A DNA stretch of 62,908 nucleotides from Haliotis rubra. Taxonomy: Eukaryota. Positions 1 through 11,179 of the stretch are shown piece by piece (the first letter of the stretch is position 1; each line of letters begins with the position of its first letter). The position numbers and the translations under genes are program-made. The DNA is taken from the NCBI RefSeq assembly GCF_003918875.1, contig NW_025767689.1, forward strand, positions 310,001 to 372,908. Reading direction: 5' to 3'. The notes under the pieces are model-generated. The model ran no database searches. It was not told the origin of the DNA and saw nothing but the letters and a program-made list of their open reading frames with translations.

Positions 1-199
1 AACATGGAAGAAACAGCAGCACTAGTGATGATCTCAGACATTAACCACTCTGGTAAAACACATGGTGCCAAGAAACATTGAAACATAATCGTAATGATTC
101 AGGATTCAAACCCACAATCACATACTAGTATTTCTGGTATACCCAAGGGACACAACTCTGCACAGCAAATTGTGGTCACCTCATACTTTCCACCACTGT

Positions 200-460
200 G
201 AACACTTCTAATATGTATCAGTGTAAAACTGAACATTAAAAGTTAAACATAAATGATCATAAGCTTGACATCACTTGTACTGTATAAATAGTTCAATAAC
301 GTAAGAGTTCTAAAGTTATCTGCAGATATCTCAGTGAAAATAGCTAGCATACTAAAACATTCACTGTCACTTTGATCTTATAAGACGGTCACTCAGGACC
401 ACTTTTAATCTTGGCCCTACCCTAAGAAAGTCATGCACCAAGTGTCAATTATTTTTATGA
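200..460. repeat. Degenerate ~150-bp 'tgaccttga' repeat units, same family as 1711-5334
   Basis: Shares the motifs gatatctcagtgaa, tgtcactttgatctt and ggccctac-cc-taagaaag with the units at 1750-1890 and 4800-5200. Confidence 0.5.
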
Positions 461-477
461 ACAATGCAGTAAATAAC

Positions 478-620
478 CTTCAAAATGTTGGCACGTCTTC
501 CAAGGCTGCTGTGAAATTTCTGTTGAACATCTGTGTACTCCTGAGCTGTATTGTTAAGTGGTACCATTTCACTTTCCGTTGTCATTTGTGTCCATTTGGA
601 AGGAGGCTCAAACGATGCTC
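478..620 (-). CDS. Exon of a PARP14/PARP15-like mono-ADP-ribosyltransferase (linker and start of catalytic domain)
   Basis: The exon has a ttttcag acceptor and a gttatt donor. It translates to (G)ASFEPPSKWTQMTTESEMVPLNNTAQEYTDVQQKFHSSLGRRANILK, matching the P..W..M...V.L.....EY..V...F motif that precedes PARP catalytic domains. Its phase-1 start matches the phase-1 end of the upstream exon. Confidence 0.8.
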
Positions 621-1103
621 CTGAAAACCATTGATACATGTCAGCATGCACACATACTTTCACAATTACGCTGAATGTGTTCAGGCTATACAGCTTTTGT
701 TAGTTGAAGCATCTTTTCGGATAATGTCTGATTAAGATTTACAACCTTACATTTATGTAATCACAACATACTTCATATAAACATGTAACCTGTCCTTAAA
801 CTTAATTTGTCTGATTCTCAAGCTATTAGCATCAGGAAACTTCATAGCAGATGATATATTCAGACTAATTTACAACTCAACAATTCAGTCAACTATAAAA
901 TTCATCTTTTCAAATAAAATTTGTTTCACATCAGCCCATACTGGATGTATTTTTGGGCAGTGACGTCTGAAACCCTAACATTACAGTTATTGATGTGTCA
1001 CGTTTGACTTTGTCAATATTGAGTCAATATTCCCAGATTTATTCAGTAGGATTAGACCAGTTGTTGACCAGGTGCAGTCAATGAGGCTGGGAAACTAACA
1101 AAC

Positions 1104-1524
1104 CTTTGATTAGATCTTTTCTGATCACAGAGACTTTATCACTGTGATTATGTGAATCATATTCTTCCATGTTGTTTAAATCAACAACATAAATGTTCCC
1201 AACAGTGTCAGGAGGCAGACGTATCAGAGACTTCTTGTTTTGATAAGCTTCTTCAATTAGTTGATTAATGATCTTATCATATTCTACTGATTGTGATGAG
1301 CCTGTACTATCTACTTCAATGTATGACCACTGAACGTAAGATGACAACATCTCGGCCTTCTCAGATTGCTGTTCCTGACGAAGAGCCTCGTGTACAATCT
1401 TGTGTACTGCCTCCATGGCTGTGATGACATCATTTGTAAGACCGTGAAGTTTAACCCTTCCTGTTGAACGGTTATAGTCAACAGATATGCTGAACTTTGA
1501 CCCCAGATCTCGAATTTTTGCTTC
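1104..1524 (-). CDS. WWE-domain exon of the same PARP14/15-like gene
   Basis: The exon has a ttttgttttag acceptor and a gtttgt donor, and is 421 nt with an open frame. It translates to EAKIRDLGSKF...VQWSYIEV...EYDKIINQLIEEAYQNKK...YVVDLNNMEEY...VIRKDLIK, a WWE-like pattern. It splices in frame to 478-620. Confidence 0.82.
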
Positions 1525-1899
1525 CTAAAACAAAACATAGAACAAACAGTTGTCACTAAGGTGACATAATTCCTCACTGCAAATTATCAAATCACAATTA
1601 AAATAGTAATGATATCTTGCTCTGTAGTTGTTCAAACACACAAATATTTGCAAGACTCACTTTGACCTTGACATGAATGTAATGGTGTATGAAATATGCA
1701 AAAAAATAGTAACAAAGAATTTGCTTATCAAAAAACATTCACGAGAAGTCTCAGTGAACAACTTAACATGCTAAAATCTTCAATGTGTCACTGTGACCTT
1801 GAAAATTAAATGAAGGTCACCAATATCAACTAGGCCCTGCACCTTCCCTAGATGAAGCTTAGTGTCAAATATGAAGAAAATACAGAAAATAGTCCTTAA

Positions 1900-4795
1900 C
1901 TCATTAAGCCCGAGAGCCACCTCACTACTCAACACCTGGAACCCCTCGCTGATTGCCCACTCGTTGTGCCGAGACTAATTAGTGCTAATCACACCTGATT
2001 TCCCTGGCAGGTTTCGGGGATGACAGGAAACTGTCTAGTCGTACAAACAAGTCCTGATTGTTTAATTGTGTCATAAAGGTATATATTGAAAGAAAGTGTG
2101 AATACATATCGTGTATTGCAAAGTTTTATGTAATTTTATTGCAAGTTTCTGTTGTAGACCTTTGGCGGCTTGTACATTTATATTTTATCACAATATGCAT
2201 GTATTCTTTGTATGTAAGAGATGAGACACACATAAACAAATTCTCTCTCTCATATCATTGTGTGAGGTTTAATTTTACAAAACATCTATGACAATGACCT
2301 ACTGTAAAGAAGAATGTACTTACATACTTTATAATCTTCGACGAAAATAGCATTTTTGCCGATTCATTTCTAGTGTATAAGAATTAGTTTACTGAAAGTA
2401 CTATTACGCTAGTCTGTGACTAACATAGAACACATTCATAGCTTGGCGCTTTGTTTCATCTAGATTTAATGCAGAAAACATACGTGACCATACAAACATA
2501 CGTATAAAAAATGTATACTACATATTCCTTGCATAGACATAAAACAAAGAGTCACGTGATAGGGCATTATCAAATTTCCCAAATAGAACGTTCTGTATCT
2601 CAACTGTTCAATATAGTGGCTGGTCATATGTTATCTGTGACCAATCGTATCATGAGATACCTGTCACACAGGAAAGGACAGGTGATGGGGCGTGGGCGAA
2701 ATTTCTGAAGAGCACGTTTGGTCACTCAACAGCTTGGATAGAGATTGATTATTGACTATATCGTTGACCAGTCGATATGCTGGGTTTCGGCTTTGTCAAC
2801 TCAAGCTATCATGTAACAGTTTGTGTATTGTAAACATACACACTGGTAACGATTATGAAATATACACATAAGACAAATAGGAGTAGATAGACACTTTGGC
2901 AAGTTTATTATGCCCTCATTTTAGTGTTTCGATAATTAAAACAAAGCGATTGAAATCCAACCATTGAGTAGAGATAGCATTTATTTTCACATACATTTTA
3001 CGCACACAACTAGTACATAAAACATAATGGTTTGCTGTACATGTAAAGATAATCTTCACCTTGATAGGAATGAATATCCAAACTAAAGTACACGCATTAC
3101 GGAATTCACGAAGTTACACTATATTGAATTATTATAGTGTATAAACTTGCAGTTGAAACACACACACACACATCAATATTTATGAAGGTGGGTGTACCTA
3201 TATTTATACTGATTGCAAACGAGGTTCATAAGATAACAGATGTACATGCATGCATTAACATTACAGAGAGGGGCGTGACTCCATAAAGCAAGTTGTCCAA
3301 TGATATAACAGCACATCTGTTTATTTTACGCTTGTCACGGGACAAACCTTTCAACAAAGACGTAACTACATATGCATTCTACCGGAGGCTGTTATTTCAA
3401 GGTCGAAAGAGGTGTTCAATTATCTCATTACTATACTCATTATTGAATGATTACACGCATGTGTATCGTTACTGTTATACTATCCAGCTTTTATTGACGA
3501 TGGATCAATAGAGACTGAGTTCATTGATACACGTGATAATTACACCGGATTTGACTGACTGACTGACTGACTGAGTTTGGTTTTACGCCGCTTTTAGCAA
3601 TATTCCAGCAACATCACGGCGGAGGTCACCAGAAATGGGCTTCACACATTGTGCCCATGTGGGGATTCGAACCCGGGTCTTCGGCGTGACGAGCCAACGC
3701 CTTAACCATTAGGCTACCCCACCCCCCACACCGGATTTGATAATTACAGAGATCAAATACAAATGTTTTACACAATGCTCATGTTAACTGCATAGAAAAC
3801 TGACAATTCAAATCAACATGAAACTTCAACAGGTTAAACAAAAATGCCTGAAATACCTTTGTATGGTTTACATGTAATAACTTATGATATTACTTCTGTC
3901 TATGTGTGAGATTTCTTTGAATTACCAACATACTGTGTTTTGTAACAAATCGAGTAAAATATTTCATTGTTGTAATAACACTGACATGAATAAAAGCACC
4001 AAGCTGTTGATTTGAATTTGTCGATGCAAAGGCACGATGTATCACTTTATATTCCATTAGGTAACATTATCAACTTTAGATTATGGAAAATAACTAGTTA
4101 CAATTCAGTAAGCTTCAAATTAGTAAGTTAAATTATGTCTAATCTATTCGAGCTTGGATGTATAATTATTTGTGTTTATACATTATGTTTTTCATTATAT
4201 GAAACATGACAACGTAATAATGCCTAAAAAGTAAATTCAAACTATTCTATTGTGTTTGAATTCTTTGTATGTCCTTGAAATTTTGTATATTGTTTCCTAT
4301 TTATTAGGAAGTTGAAGAAAATATAATCTTCAGTAACCTCTAAACCATTACATCTAATTCAATCAATAAGCATACGAAGTATTTTAGTATCCATTCCCAA
4401 TGGAGAGTACCAGACACTTACCTCTGTAAAAACATCATAATCCCCTTTCTCGCCGACATGTGTTCATTTGCCAAACGCTGTACAAGCCTATGATAATGAT
4501 TAGCAATCACTTTAAATACTTCTTCTGATTGACACTAAAGGTAGCATCTCTCGTAAGAAAAGCTAATATTTGCTCAGTACTACTTAATTGGTTAAAATAA
4601 TAGGTACAGTGCGATTTTAAAAAGTACAACACACGTGCGTCTCTCGCTGAATAAGAGGTGCTTTCTGTTGACTAATATATGTGGCTCTCACTGAGAGAAA
4701 CTGCCAATTACCTGCCCCATAAACATGTCACGAGCTGTGAGGAGCTGATTAATTTGCCTTATAGCAGGGAGACTCTAGAGTGTCCCTGCTTATAG
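1900..4795. mobile_element. Non-coding 2.9-kb insertion flanked by a TTAA duplication (piggyBac/Kolobok-like, unclassified)
   Basis: TTAA occurs at 1896-1899 and 4796-4799. Removing the insertion rejoins a host repeat unit (agtccttaa|ggtatctctctaacaagctg, compare ttcttgagatatctcgctgacaagctg at ~4962). No transposase ORF is present. Confidence 0.6.
3555..3727 (-). mobile_element. tRNA-derived SINE with (TCAG)n tail
   Basis: The minus-strand head ggggtggggtagcctaatggttaaggcgttggctcgtcacgccgaagacccgggttcgaatcccc carries A and B boxes. A 13-bp TSD acaccggatttga lies at 3542-3554 and 3728-3740. Confidence 0.9.
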
Positions 4796-5894
4796 TTAAG
4801 GTATCTCTCTAACAAGCTGAACATCCAGATTTTTAAATGCTGAAATCTTGAAACTGTCGCTGTGACCTTGAAAATTAAGAGAAAGTCACCAAAATCGACT
4901 TGGCCCTGTGCCTTCCCTACATAAAGCTTGGTGTCACATATGAAGAAGATCCATTGAATTGTTCTTGAGATATCTCGCTGACAAGCTGAACATGCAAGTT
5001 AACATGCTGAAATCTTCAAAGTGTCACTGTGACCTTGAAAATTATGTGAAGGTCACCAAGATATATTGGTCCATGCGCCTCCCCTAGATGAAGCTTGGTG
5101 TCAAATATAAAGAAAATCCAGTGAATGGTTCTTGAGATATCTTGCTGACAAGGATAAAACGTTAAACTCCCCTTATGACCTTGAAATGAAGGTCAAGGTC
5201 ACCAAACCTGACTGGGACCTTTCGCTTACTTTGAAGAGCTTAGGTACCAATTATGAAAAAAATCTAATCAACGGTTCAAATTCGTACGTATGTACGGAGC
5301 CTAATATAATACCCCGAAGCAAAGCGAGGGATAACAGTGACATAATGTAAACTATCCCTGAGCTGCATCAGACTACATGGTGACTTACTGTTTCCTTTAT
5401 TTATTCCTTTTTTCACAAGACATTGAACGCATTAATGTAAGTATCTTAAGAACTATTACCAAAAACATTGAACTGTCTACTCAAATATTGTTGTGGCCTA
5501 CCTGCTTCCATGGCGCTGAAGCATAAATGAGGTTCAATCACTAGTGTCATCCACATGGTCGTGTACTATACTGTACATGATTTAACCCTAAACATCATAA
5601 CATATTTGCTCCATTCTTCTGTCCATGTGGCATATGTTACCATCTTTATATTAACACAGTTTTCTAGCTACCAAGCTTGCTATATTTCAGTGAGTAACTA
5701 TTTAAGTTTTACATTGCATCTTTGTACAAAATTCCATCAAGCAATCTTTTTCGACTTCAGTGAAAAGTTGTGGGCATGGGACGTCATGAGTATGCATGTG
5801 TTTAGTTCCTCCAACATATGATCAATTTATCTTTCAAAAACGACTCTTTAAGTAACATGAGTTTCATCATATCCAGCAACAAATGAATTATGTT

Positions 5895-6064
5895 TGACAG
5901 ACAACACAATTCTGGTGGTTAAATTTCTTCTTTTTAATCTTCCAATCTCGAACGTGGTTTCCCACACTTCCACGGCGCACTGACCACCGAAACAAATATG
6001 GCTTCCTCCTGCATACTCTCACTCACTTCTTGTGATAGTTGAGATAGTCTCGAAACGATTTACA
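5895..6064 (-). repeat. 3' LTR of the GalEa-type Copia
   Basis: Direct repeat of 10302-10471 with TG...CA ends. Confidence 0.92.
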
Positions 6065-6333
6065 ATCTCAACTATTTTTTTTTCAAATTTGAAATATATT
6101 AAAACTGCTTAAAACACATTTTGTTTTTTGTTTTGTTTTAAAATACACATGATAAAAGTCCTCATCTTGGTATAGACATCCAAAGTCACTGTTCTAATTA
6201 CATCTGTCTCATACCATGACAACATTTTCTCTTCAGTGATTTATATATACTGTTATTTTACAGTCACTATATCACAATACTGTAGTCTCTTCACTTACTG
6301 TTTCACAGTTTCTTCACAGCCTCTTCACAAGAA

Positions 6334-6789
6334 ATCCTATTCGTCGAACGAGGGACCAAATTGTGTAGAATTGCAAGCCTGACACTGAGAAATATGGACA
6401 TAGGTTTGAAGCTTACTGCAATAGGGGGTTTATGCACTGCATCCCGATATCAAATTTTCAAGATTAGACTCCTAGTGACGAAAAACAATTATGTACCAAA
6501 GCCTATTCCTCTCACCTCGCCGCCATCTTTGACGATTTGTATGCCGTTTCGGGATGCTATGACTGCCGTGTTGGGATGCTATGAATGCCGTTTGGTACGC
6601 TCGGTGACCGTTCTTGCGCGCTCTTGTAGCTGATACGCGAGTTTTGTTTTCAAACGATTTGTCTTCCTTTACAGATGTATTGTTTCGGTTTTAGAGGACC
6701 TTGTTGCAGTTTTAGTGGTTTTTGTTCTGTTTTGGTGTATATGAGATCAGTTTTGATGATTTGTTCACCGTTTGTATGGTAGGCCTGAT
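6334..6789. mobile_element. Unclassified ~456-bp insertion near the 3' end of Copia pol
   Basis: Flanked by caagaa at 6328-6333 and 6790-6795. It is CpG-richer than the surrounding element and has internal tgccgt..gggatgctatga repeats. Confidence 0.45.
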
Positions 6790-9700
6790 CAAGAAGATCA
6801 CATATGATCCCTGACTCCCTCCATTTTGTCAGCAGTTTCAGTTTTCCATCCAGCTTCCTATATCTCAAAACAACATTCTCACTTTTAATCTGTTTTATGA
6901 CCTTGTTCACTTCAAGGAGATTGGCCACAACTGCAGATTGTATACAACTTGATAACCGACTTGTTTCAAACAAACCCAACCAGAGCCAACCAGAGTATTT
7001 GCCCTAACCAAGACCTCATTAACTTTCTTTCTTCTTCTGAGACTGGTTGTTGCTTGTCAGTTGCTTTAGCCTTGTCAATATTGCTAAAGGCAAGTTTGTC
7101 ACTGTATCCACTCTGTTGTTGCAAGACTTGATCCTCATCTGACTCAAGATGCATACCTAGATCTCTGAAAACTTTTATCTCCTCCTTCCCAACATCAAGA
7201 ATTGTTCTCATTTGATGTATGCAAGCACACCTTCAATTCCACCATTGCACCATATGAACACTGCTGGGTCAACCTTTGACACGACTGCAAGTTCCTTCAT
7301 CACTTCCCTCACACTGAAATACCACTGCAGTGAAGCATCATTCAATCCATATACACACTTGTTGATTTTCCAGACCTTTCCTCTCATGCCTAACAAACAC
7401 GTCCCTGTCTATGATTGCCCCCTGTAGGAAGGCAGTCTTGATATCCATAGCATGATGTGTCCATTGCTTGTTGACCATCACAGCAAGTATCATTATCAAG
7501 GCTTCTCCTGCACATGTTGGTGAATCTCACTACTTTTGAAGCTCCATCTTCAAAATCCCTTGCTACCAGTCTAGCTTTTCAGTTTGATTCCATCCTCACT
7601 TTCTTTAACTGTCAATACCCATCTCGTTGACACACATTTCTGTCCAGTATCTTCAACTGTTTCATATACTTGATTTCTTTTCCAACGGTCTAACTCTGCC
7701 TCTTTTGCTTCCATCCACGAAACATGACAGAATCATCAATTTCGTCTTCTGATCTCTGTTCTAGTATTTCATCATTCACCTTCAAGTCTGTGAACTGCTA
7801 AATATTATTTTGGATCAGTATACTCAACATTAAACCAAAATCTATTCTTTCGTGGCTTTCCCAGCCTTGCTGGTAATTTTAGCTGTCATGACTTCCCTTG
7901 TTTCATCATTCTTGTAGCTGATGGACTTTACCACACTAAAGTTCAGTTTGGTCTTATTTACACCCTGTTTAGTCTCTCTCTGATCTTTCATTGTCTCTAG
8001 ATCACCAAGGTCAATTTCTTTCCAACTTGACTGTTTCTTATCATCACATCTTTCTGGTACATTTTCTCGTCCTCCCCATTTTTAATGTCAAGAGTCTCAA
8101 CTTCATTGGTTTTTCCCATTCTATTCCTGTGTACTCTGATCACCATCCCACCTTGTCGGAGAAAACTCTGTCTTGACCAATAACTCTGGCTGGTCCCCTC
8201 CATTCTTCTTTACCTGGGAACTTGTAGTATACTTTCTCTCCCATACTGTATGTTCCCTCCATAGGCCTCACTTTTACTTTCAGAGCTTTGCGTATCCTAT
8301 TGTCACACTCTGCTTCAGTGAAAGCTTTCTTAGCAGAATGCAATACTCGGATATGATTCCAAACAGTTGTACTGGATGCTAGTCCTTCCAATGCTGGGGG
8401 ATTATTGGTCAAGTTTGATGGAAGGTTTGGATTCCTACCATAGACAAGTTGATATGCACTGAAGCCATGAATGTTGCTGACAATGCCCAGCTCAATGCTA
8501 TTTCCCACTTACAATTTTCTTGCTTTTTTATTTTGTTTAGTGTAAGTGTCAATGTTTGGTTGTGCCTCTCAACTGTTCCATTAAGTAAGCAGGTGTTGTA
8601 ATCACTTCCACATTGAAGTTTTGACATATATCATGCATCTGTTGATTGTTGAACTCTCGTTCATTATCTGTGAGTATCTTCATAGGTGCTCCATGAATGG
8701 CAATCCAGTGTTATAGAAATTTATCCACAGTTATTTCTGCAGTCTTATTCTTGATTACTGCTGCTGCACTGAATCTTGTAAACATGTCTATCATGTGAAT
8801 ATACCACATGTTTTGGTCAAGTTGATGAAGGACCATTGCAACCACTTCATTAAAGTCTGACGCCATGGGAAGTCCAGCAACTGGCTTTGCCGGTGTCTTT
8901 TTATGTTTGTTACATACATCACAACTGGCCACAATCTTCTCAATAATTTCAGCTTTCACTTCAGTACTGTTTCCTGAACGCTGCATTGACCATTGTAGAT
9001 TTTTTACCGAAGCATGACCAAATTGTTTATGCAACTTGTGTACAATTGTGAAAATCTCCTTTTCAGAAGCACCATCCTTCAACCACATCACCTCATCAGA
9101 CCCATGCTCTATATCCCCTGTCAAGGCAACACAGTAATGTCCACTTGATGGCATTTCTACATTGACTGCTTCTCCAAACATCATAGGTTTATCATTGTCT
9201 ATGTCAATAATGGCTTTAGTTTTCTTAAGGGCTGGCTTTCCAAAAAATAATGGAATGTTGGCATCCACAATCTGTTTCAATCTGACACTAAGTTGTCCCA
9301 ATCACTGCTGGCATTACAGCTGTGCATGACGATATATGCCTCTGTCCATCTCCAAACTTGAAGCTTTTAGTAGATTCTTTCTCTTGAGCCACAGTTTTCT
9401 TATCCTCATTCAAGGAGTTAACGTAATGTTCATACCATTTCTTACCACAAACTGATCTTGTACATGCAGTGTCAATAACTGCACAACCCTGCGCTTCAAC
9501 CATCAAGACACTATAATCTCTTGTGATCAGTGCTATGTTTTCCTCTGATTCAGTGTAGTTCACATTCTCTTTATCTTTATCTGGACAATCTTTTTACCCC
9601 AATGGAATGTAGAGAAACAGTGTGCACATCTGGTCCTCCAGGATAGAACTTTTGCTCAGACCCTGGTTTCTGTTGCTTGTTGAAAAATCTGGGACGTCTA

Positions 9701-10301
9701 TTTATCATTTCTGTCATGATTTGTCCAAAATATCCTGTCTTGTTTTATTTCTGTGGAGTCCACAGTTTCAGTTCCAAAAATTCGTCTCAAGGATGATTTC
9801 ATTGTTTGAAATCGTTTATCCACTGTGGCCGTCAAAACTAGCTGTTTTTCCTTTTGATTCAGATTGACACTATCCAAAAGTTTGAAAGTGCATCTGGTAG
9901 CTGCATGTCGTATTTGACACACTTTTTGTACTTTCTTTCATAGCTAATATTGATGAAATCACTCATAGACTCAGTTTTTCTTGTGAGACTAAAAAAATTC
10001 TGAGAAAGCTATATACGCTGCATATACACTGTCTATTAGGTCCAACTTATCCAACTCTTTTAGACATTAGTCCAATCCATCCTTCTTATTTAATTCATCG
10101 ACTGGGATTTGTAAGATAGTCTCTTTTGCCTTACCTTTCAGCACTTGAACTAGCGCCAGACCCTTCTTTTCATCCGGTAGCTCCGTGAACAGTCGCCAAA
10201 CCTCTATTTCATTTTTCCATGTATCATAGATACTATCCTGGTCCAGCGATGGCGGTTACAACAATTTCTGTGCCATATTTACCCACACACTCTGCTACCA
10301 T

Positions 10302-10471
10302 TGACACACAACACAATTCTGGTGGTTAAACTTCTTCTTTTTAATCTTCCAATCTCGAACGTGGTTTCCCACACTTCCACGGCGCACTGACCCCCGAAAC
10401 AAATATGGCTTCCTCTCGCATACTCTCACTCACTTCTTGTGATAGTTGAGACAGTCTCAAAACGATTTACA
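10302..10471 (-). repeat. 5' LTR of the GalEa-type Copia
   Basis: Direct repeat of 5895-6064, followed on the minus strand by the PBS and the gag ATG. Confidence 0.92.
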
Positions 10472-10687
10472 TTGTTCACCATAAAGACCCATCAGTCTTG
10501 ATCAAATTCAGTTCTTCTGTGTTGGGTACACAGCCATGTTCATCACTGATTTGTCAAGACTTTTGCCACTCACTACTTTTCTATTTGTACTGTGGTAAAC
10601 AACAGTTATCTCATATAATCTCGGACAAACCTGTAGAAGTTGCAGATTCTTTGAAGAGAGTCCTGCTTGGGGCACATATAAGCATTT

Positions 10688-11119
10688 GACTGCTTCTGTG
10701 GTGTAGTGGTTAGGGTGTCCGCCCGGAGAGCGGAAGGTCGCGGGTTTATCCCCGATCGCGTCATACTAAGAGACGTTAAAATATTGTACTTGTTGGTCCC
10801 TGCCTGGCGCTCGACATTAATTGGTACAACAAGGACTGGTCGGTTCCGAGTCAGTATAATGTGTCTGAGTGAGGTATTCAAGCTTCACTGCAGCATGGTA
10901 TCTCAGTGGGCTAGCACTATAAAACCAGCTTAAGTCTGGGCTAGTACAAGCAGCCGCACATACGCACGCATGCGCATGTGCGGCTGCTTGTACTAGCCCA
11001 GACTTAAGCTGGTTTTATAGTGCTAGCCCACTGAGATACCATGCTGCAGTGAAGCTTGAAGGAAGTCTTATGAGCGAAATATCCTCAAGCACGACGCAAA
11101 ACCCAATTTCGCATCACAT
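10688..11119 (+). mobile_element. tRNA-derived SINE (second family) with an internal perfect inverted duplication
   Basis: The head is tgtggtgtagtggttagggtgtccgcc...ggtcgcgggtttatcccc and the tail is (catca)n. A 15-bp TSD cacatataagcattt lies at 10673-10687 and 11120-11134. The 85-bp perfect inverted arms are at 10877-10961 and 10976-11060. Confidence 0.88.
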
Positions 11120-11179
11120 CACATATAAGCATTTAAATGTCCATTTTAAATTCCTATGACAGTTGTAACTATATTTTGA

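Larger units (their letters stand above)
1711..5334 (+). mobile_element. Helentron/DINE-like non-autonomous element with an internal ~155-bp tandem array, interrupted by the 1900-4795 insertion
   Basis: Units of gtcactgtgaccttgaaaatt...aaggtcacca...ccttccctagatgaagctt...gtgtcaaatatgaagaa recur at ~1785, ~4855 and ~5020. The element ends in a cgtacgtatgtacgg microsatellite plus a short GC hairpin (ccccgaagcaaagcgagggataa), an organisation typical of mollusc Helentron-associated elements. The family assignment is inferred. Confidence 0.5.
5895..10471 (-). mobile_element. Ty1/Copia LTR retrotransposon, GalEa-type, decayed
   Basis: The 170-bp TG..CA LTRs lie at 5895-6064 and 10302-10471, with about 7 differences by eye. 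The PBS TGGTAGCAGAG is at 10290-10300 and the imperfect TSD is atgtt/ttgtt. Fragments run in Copia order: gag (TWKNEIEVW), protease (AVIDTAC), integrase (LHKQFGH..CDVC, IDMFTRF, NGTVER), then RT (KCVYGLNDASLQW, DPAVF). All are broken by frameshifts. Confidence 0.92.

Noticed and set aside
3655-3727. Apparent tRNA genes (also ~10690-10760 and ~13620-13692)
   Set aside because: They are SINE heads with bodies, microsatellite tails and TSDs, and no complete acceptor stem was seen.
5502-5515. Possible 14-nt minus-strand micro-exon (ttcag|cgccatggaagcag|gtagg) of the PARP gene
   Set aside because: Only the splice dinucleotides and phase compatibility support it, which could easily be chance without RNA-seq.
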